A stretch of DNA of 64,000 nucleotides from the IMG/VR virus record IMGVR_UViG_3300047994_000374, positions 1-64,000 of that record; one strand, written 5' to 3'. A program made the translations under genes and the position numbers. The notes under the pieces are model-generated. The model was not told the DNA's origin, did no database searches, and was given only the letters and a program-made list of their open reading frames with translations. Shown piece after piece: positions 59,702 through 64,000 of the stretch (the first letter of the stretch is position 1; every line of letters begins with the position of its first letter).

Positions 59702-59887
59702 TTATAGAAAAGCCCGAGCGTTATAGCATTTTAAAAAACAAAAGCCTGTTCGTTCCGCCATAAACTTGGGCGACAATCGATTCACACAAGTAACGACGAA
59801 AATCTTCTTGCAGAGCTTGCAACACCATTCATCGCCCAACATTTCCTTTAGTATGTCATATTTAGTAAAGCACTTCCAATTTTTCAT
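59702..59887 (-). CDS. tail-family mini zinc finger
   Basis: CKLC/FCFLKC; ends YNARAFL; resembles 52213-52401. Confidence 0.7.
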   Translation of the reverse strand: MKNWKCFTKYDILKEMLGDEWCCKLCKKIFVVTCVNRLSPKFMAERTGFCFLKCYNARAFL

Positions 59888-60975
59888 CGGATGATTTTAA
59901 TTGGGGATATGGGATTGAATTTGATATTGTTCTCGCTCAACCAACTCAAGTATTCCGGATCAGGTTGCCCCAAAACATAAATAGAATTACGAGTGCGAAC
60001 AAGATTGCCGTCAGCATCTTGAATTTCAGATGTGGTTACGGCTTTGGTTGAGCCTTCTTTAAATCCCTGCAACCGCCTCACAGAAAGCTCTGGGGCGCTA
60101 TAAGGACTACTGTCAAAGACGACGGACCAATTATTAATTTTATATACAGGTTTGCTCATTTAAAAATTACTTTATATCCAATCTTTTTGAATAGTTTCTT
60201 TAATTCTGCTTCTCGTTTTTCGTCAGAGATTAAGAGTTCATCATTGACTTCGATCATAGCATTACATAGATCTGAATCATTTTGAACCGCACCCCTAACT
60301 TCAAGAAGTTTATTTGGCCACTTACTTTTTTCATATCGATTTGCATAAGAATTCATTCGCGAAGCAGGCGAATAATAATATGTAAGTTCTTTTGTAGTAT
60401 AACCACAAGATCGTCCAAGGAAACCCAAGCAACACATCTTGCCACCAGGCTTCCGCAGCATTGAATTATTTTTACCACGCCACCACATTTTACGATCAAT
60501 AACTAAAGTTTTCATTTTCTTTCACTCAACTTTTCTAACAGCCAATTCAAAACACCAGTCCAAGTTTTACCACAGAGAATTGATCCATAAGTATTCTCGT
60601 CAGCAAGCTCTTTGATTTCATTTAATACTGATTGCCTACCTTCATCCCAGCCTTGGCTTTTGGCTGAGTAAATTCTGCCGTGATTAGATAGATCGGAATA
60701 AGGATTTTTCACTTTGATTTCCATCCCTCTGAACGAATAATGGCATCCCACTCACGCGCAAGACTATACATACTCTTTTTATTATGATCGTCAATCGTAG
60801 CAGAAGATGAATGAGAATGTCCCAAATTATAACAAAGATTAGACATCATCGTTCCAACACGACGAAGCTCTTTGATTTCTTGACGCAATTGTTTTTTGGT
60901 TGCAGGTTTCATTTGATATGTCTCGCTTTTCATTTCTTCTTCATATAAGTTAATCATGAATGGGAATTGGCACAA
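59884..60975 (-). other. four hypothetical ORFs
   Basis: ORF track; ATGA-coupled. Confidence 0.55.
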
Positions 60976-61753
60976 GATTTTTAAAGACGCCGCAGACTTG
61001 TTCGCTTGTTACATAGGCGACTTGAAAGCGTTCCATCTGCCGAGTGTTGTCACGAAGAAGAGCATCACCACCATTCTCCAATGCTTCCGCACCAGTTGCA
61101 TCCAGAATGATACGCGAGTCAATCTTATTCGCCACTCGACATGCAATACGAGCCGGGAAGTTTGCTTTGATTTCGCCCTTGATAATCTGGGCAGAAGGTC
61201 GCTGGGTCGCAAGAACAATTGAAATACGAGCAGCCCTACACTTTTGAGCTAACCGAAGAAGCCGATTGTAAAACATATTGCCCTTGTCCTGCATAATCAA
61301 ATCAGCAAACTCATCGATCATCAAAACAACATAAGGCATATCTTTCATTGCGCTTCCATTACGGGCAAGCTCATATCGATTGTCCATTAGCTCAATCATC
61401 ATGTCCAATACATTGACTGCTTCCGCATACGAGTAATGAACCTTGACATTCGGAAATGACTTGTCGTAATGATGGAACTCTACATTCTTTGGATCGATAA
61501 GATGAATGATCGTGTTGTTGTAATTGAAAAGATTGGCAATGATATTGTGCATCAAAACGCTTTTACCAGAGCCAGTCGTTCCAGCAATGATCATGTGGGG
61601 ATTTTGCGCCAAGTCCATCCACACACGCGCGCCTGTGATTGATTGACCGAGCAAACAAATCAAGTCGCCATCAGGAACTTTTCGATTGGTAAAATAATCA
61701 AGGAGATGAACTGTCTTTCGAATCTGTCGCGAATGTAAGCTCATAGTGTACAT
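60950..61753 (-). CDS. stand-alone FtsK/SpoIIIE-type ATPase domain
   Basis: PHMIIAGTTGSGKS, IDPK, MIDEFADL, ATQRPS, IKANFPARI, GAEALE..GDAL; AGGAG RBS. Confidence 0.92.
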   Translation of the reverse strand: MYTMSLHSRQIRKTVHLLDYFTNRKVPDGDLICLLGQSITGARVWMDLAQNPHMIIAGTTGSGKSVLMHNIIANLFNYNNTIIHLIDPKNVEFHHYDKSFPNVKVHYSYAEAVNVLDMMIELMDNRYELARNGSAMKDMPYVVLMIDEFADLIMQDKGNMFYNRLLRLAQKCRAARISIVLATQRPSAQIIKGEIKANFPARIACRVANKIDSRIILDATGAEALENGGDALLRDNTRQMERFQVAYVTSEQVCGVFKNLVPIPIHD

Positions 61754-61794
61754 CTCCTATAAATGTGAATGATTAAAAGTTAAATGGGAAACGA

Positions 61795-62166
61795 TTAGGG
61801 CTGAAGGTTATAATCTTTAGCTACGTCGTTAAGATGCGCTTCCCAATGTTCAACAGGAGCGGCGTCATGAATTCTTTGAAGTCGCCCGATCATTAGGCGC
61901 ATCGTATCCGTCATTTCGATTCCACTTTTTGTCAAAGCATCTCGAACAATTGATGAGTCAGAATAATTCAATTCAATTTCTGGCGTATAAGCTTCATCAG
62001 AAATCAAACAGCCCACTGCACATTTCAAACCGCCATCACCACGATAAGCACAAGTGGCTTCCTTTGGCAGCGCTCGTTCCGGCTTACAAACGCTTCTCTG
62101 TTTTTGAAAAAGGAGATGCGCTTTTACTTTGTTAAAAACTTCTTGCATATGTTCTTGACTTGACAT
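61795..62166 (-). CDS. phage hypothetical protein
   Basis: CAYRGDGGLKCAVGCLI...LQRIHD; GGAGG RBS. Confidence 0.7.
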   Translation of the reverse strand: MSSQEHMQEVFNKVKAHLLFQKQRSVCKPERALPKEATCAYRGDGGLKCAVGCLISDEAYTPEIELNYSDSSIVRDALTKSGIEMTDTMRLMIGRLQRIHDAAPVEHWEAHLNDVAKDYNLQP

Positions 62167-62238
62167 GAGACCTCCTTTTCTTTTTGTTGGATTGTATAGT
62201 AAAGGCAGTTTAAACTCTTGCCCAGGATTTATTTAATA

Positions 62239-62766
62239 TCAGGCAGTCGCGGCAGCTTCATCAACAACCGGAGCGCTCTCAACAGCAGCATTCTTAACAC
62301 GACGAATGCCGACGCGCTTAACCAACTCCCACTCGGCACTTGCATTCACATAACGACGAACCGTATGGAGCGTCTTGTTTGCAGCGACGCCAGTTGATTG
62401 GCTCACACGATCTGCAAGCTGCTGAGTCGTCAATTGCTCTTCATCTGACTTGGTTGCAAGGATGGCTTCTGCTGCACCATTGATCATCTGCTCTTCTGCA
62501 GTGAAGGGACGCTTACCATCTTTGCGGTAGACGCCACCTGCGCGTCCCGCCTTAACCTCAAGATCATCACGCCCGGTCAAGTAAGCATTGAGCACCGAAG
62601 TCACGAACCCCGGATTCTCTCCAGTAGCTTCCGCAACGATCTTGGTCAAGGACATCTTGGTGACATACCCGCCCTCTTCAAGCTGTTTCTCAAGCTCGGT
62701 CTCGACATGCTGCGCAACGTTCACTGCAAGCTCTGCAACCGCGTTAAAACCATCTTCGTTTGACAT
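62239..62766 (-). CDS. tandem winged-helix-like DNA-binding protein, paralog 3
   Basis: YLTGRDDLEVKAGRAGGVYRK; second repeat degenerate. Confidence 0.7.
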   Translation of the reverse strand: MSNEDGFNAVAELAVNVAQHVETELEKQLEEGGYVTKMSLTKIVAEATGENPGFVTSVLNAYLTGRDDLEVKAGRAGGVYRKDGKRPFTAEEQMINGAAEAILATKSDEEQLTTQQLADRVSQSTGVAANKTLHTVRRYVNASAEWELVKRVGIRRVKNAAVESAPVVDEAAATA

Positions 62767-62866
62767 ATGTATATCCTACTTCTTTCTTATTTGTTATTGT
62801 TTGTGAGACTTGATTATTCTTGTCTCGAATTGTTATTGTACTTCTAATTTTTATGAAATGGGAAAT

Positions 62867-63963
62867 TTAATACTTATAAGTGTTACCAGGCGCATAAGAT
62901 AAATCGTAATATCCAATCAGCTGGGCGAATTGTCTTCGGTCTTCTTTACCGAAATCCAGCATAGCAAGGTCGTTCATATTGATCCCACCATGGTCCAACA
63001 GATATTGAACCATCTTATTGGCTTTGAATCGCAACGTGCCGTGCTCATCATAAACAATGGGTTGAGGCGGATGCTTCTGCCTCTTTGTGGGCTTGCCTCT
63101 CATTCGTTATCTCCATTTAACATTAACTCCATAAGTTCAGGCGAGATTGGATCGACATCATCCAGTTCAGCTGAATCAAGATTAGGCAAGCTATCAATAA
63201 GCTTTTGAAGGTTCTTGGCGCCCTCCGTCTCTTCAAATGGAACAACAAGCTTATATGTTTTACCATATGCTGTAATGGTTTCAGGGGCAGGCAAGTCGCT
63301 CATCAAATTAATTCGCCGAGTATGCTTTCGTTCTGATGCTTTATTAATGGGAAAGGAACTATTCTCCACAATTTTAATCGCTTCCTCTGCATGGCTAGCA
63401 TCGACGTCAATAAACGCTTCGTATTCTGTTGTGACTCGAATTTTAAATAATTTCATTTCGTTCCTTTAATGTCCATAGTTCAATCCAATCATATAAGTCT
63501 CGCCCTTATAAACGAACTCTTCATCCCAATATCCGCAACAACCGTGAGCCTTCAACTTATTGTATCGATGCCTTTGATTGCGCTTTGACTTCATTGCCAC
63601 TCGATAATTATCTTGGCACGAATCATCTGGACCCAATTCTTTGATTACCTTCCATGCCCAATCAACAATCTCTTTTGGCAAGTCTCGTTCCCAATCAAAC
63701 TGGGCGCGCTTCATGAGTTCGTAGTTGCGCTGCTGTTTCAACACATCTACCATATAACGAGCGATATGACTTTGACTTTCTGCAAATGAACGGAAGATCA
63801 ATCGCGTCAAGTTACTAAAAGCCTTGGGAGAAATATCGGCAGCCATGACACCGAACAAAGGTGTTAAACTATGAATCCAACGCCATTGATGCCAGCTCTT
63901 CCAATGACCGCATTCAGCTACAATCATAAGCTTATTGTAGTATTTATCTTTGTTGTAACACAC
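62867..63963 (-). other. three hypothetical ORFs
   Basis: ORF track 62867-63103, 63100-63456, 63466-63963. Confidence 0.55.
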
Positions 63964-64000
63964 ATCGACAGAGCCAACGGGCAGGTTCTTCGGATTAAGG

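Larger units (their letters stand above)
23283..62864 (-). promoter_or_regulatory. dispersed TTCCCATTT motif (AAATGGGAA on +)
   Basis: Gene-boundary copies at 23283, 37507, 42502, 43114, 44465, 56887, 57616, 61782, 62856; coding copies at 8193, 29502, 36247, 48267, 53463. Confidence 0.55.

Noticed and set aside
819-59887. Tail as a BamA beta-signal
   Set aside because: The proteins lack signal peptides, the Phe is penultimate, and the segment looks helical rather than a beta strand.
3070-62780. GATATAT-like late-promoter motif upstream of several starts
   Set aside because: Too AT-rich and variable to distinguish from background by eye.
1-64000. Most plus-strand and nested ORFs in the track (e.g. 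1354-1554, 12489-12851, 27307-27579, 57950-58294)
   Set aside because: They are antisense or out-of-frame shadows of better-supported genes, with no motifs or RBS.
1-64000. CRISPR array or rRNA
   Set aside because: No regularly spaced repeats and no rRNA-like sequence were seen.
1-64000. Alternative genetic code (TGA or TAG reassigned)
   Set aside because: Long enzymes read through under the standard code, TGA ends many genes in ATGA overlaps, and the two internal stops are isolated and of different types.

Overview
This window reads as part of the accessory/early region of a very large AT-rich dsDNA phage (inference). It has densely packed, mostly minus-strand small ORFs linked by ATGA/TAATG overlaps, sigma70-like promoters, five tRNA or tRNA-like genes and no bacterial housekeeping genes. 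Recognisable enzymes: CYTH, NUDIX, Dam-like and N6A methyltransferases, T4 RNase H-like 5'-3' exonuclease, protein kinase, deaminase, metallophosphoesterase, DRB0094-type RNA ligase, HD hydrolase, 2OG-Fe(II) oxygenase, FkbM methyltransferase, zinc metalloproteases, HNH endonuclease and a stand-alone FtsK-type ATPase. Three IS elements are present (two TnpB-only IS200/IS605, one IS607), and each splits a gene that can be rebuilt in frame by removing the element. The main unexplained signal is about 55 small ORFs from at least 8 different-looking families, mostly in tandem arrays. Nearly all end in the same C-terminal tail, [aliphatic]-x-[small]-F-x-stop (e.g. KLKAFL, KIKAFW, TLITFS), whose function I do not recognise. 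A strand-specific 9-mer, TTCCCATTT, recurs at gene boundaries. All counts and coordinates outside the supplied ORF track were worked out by eye.
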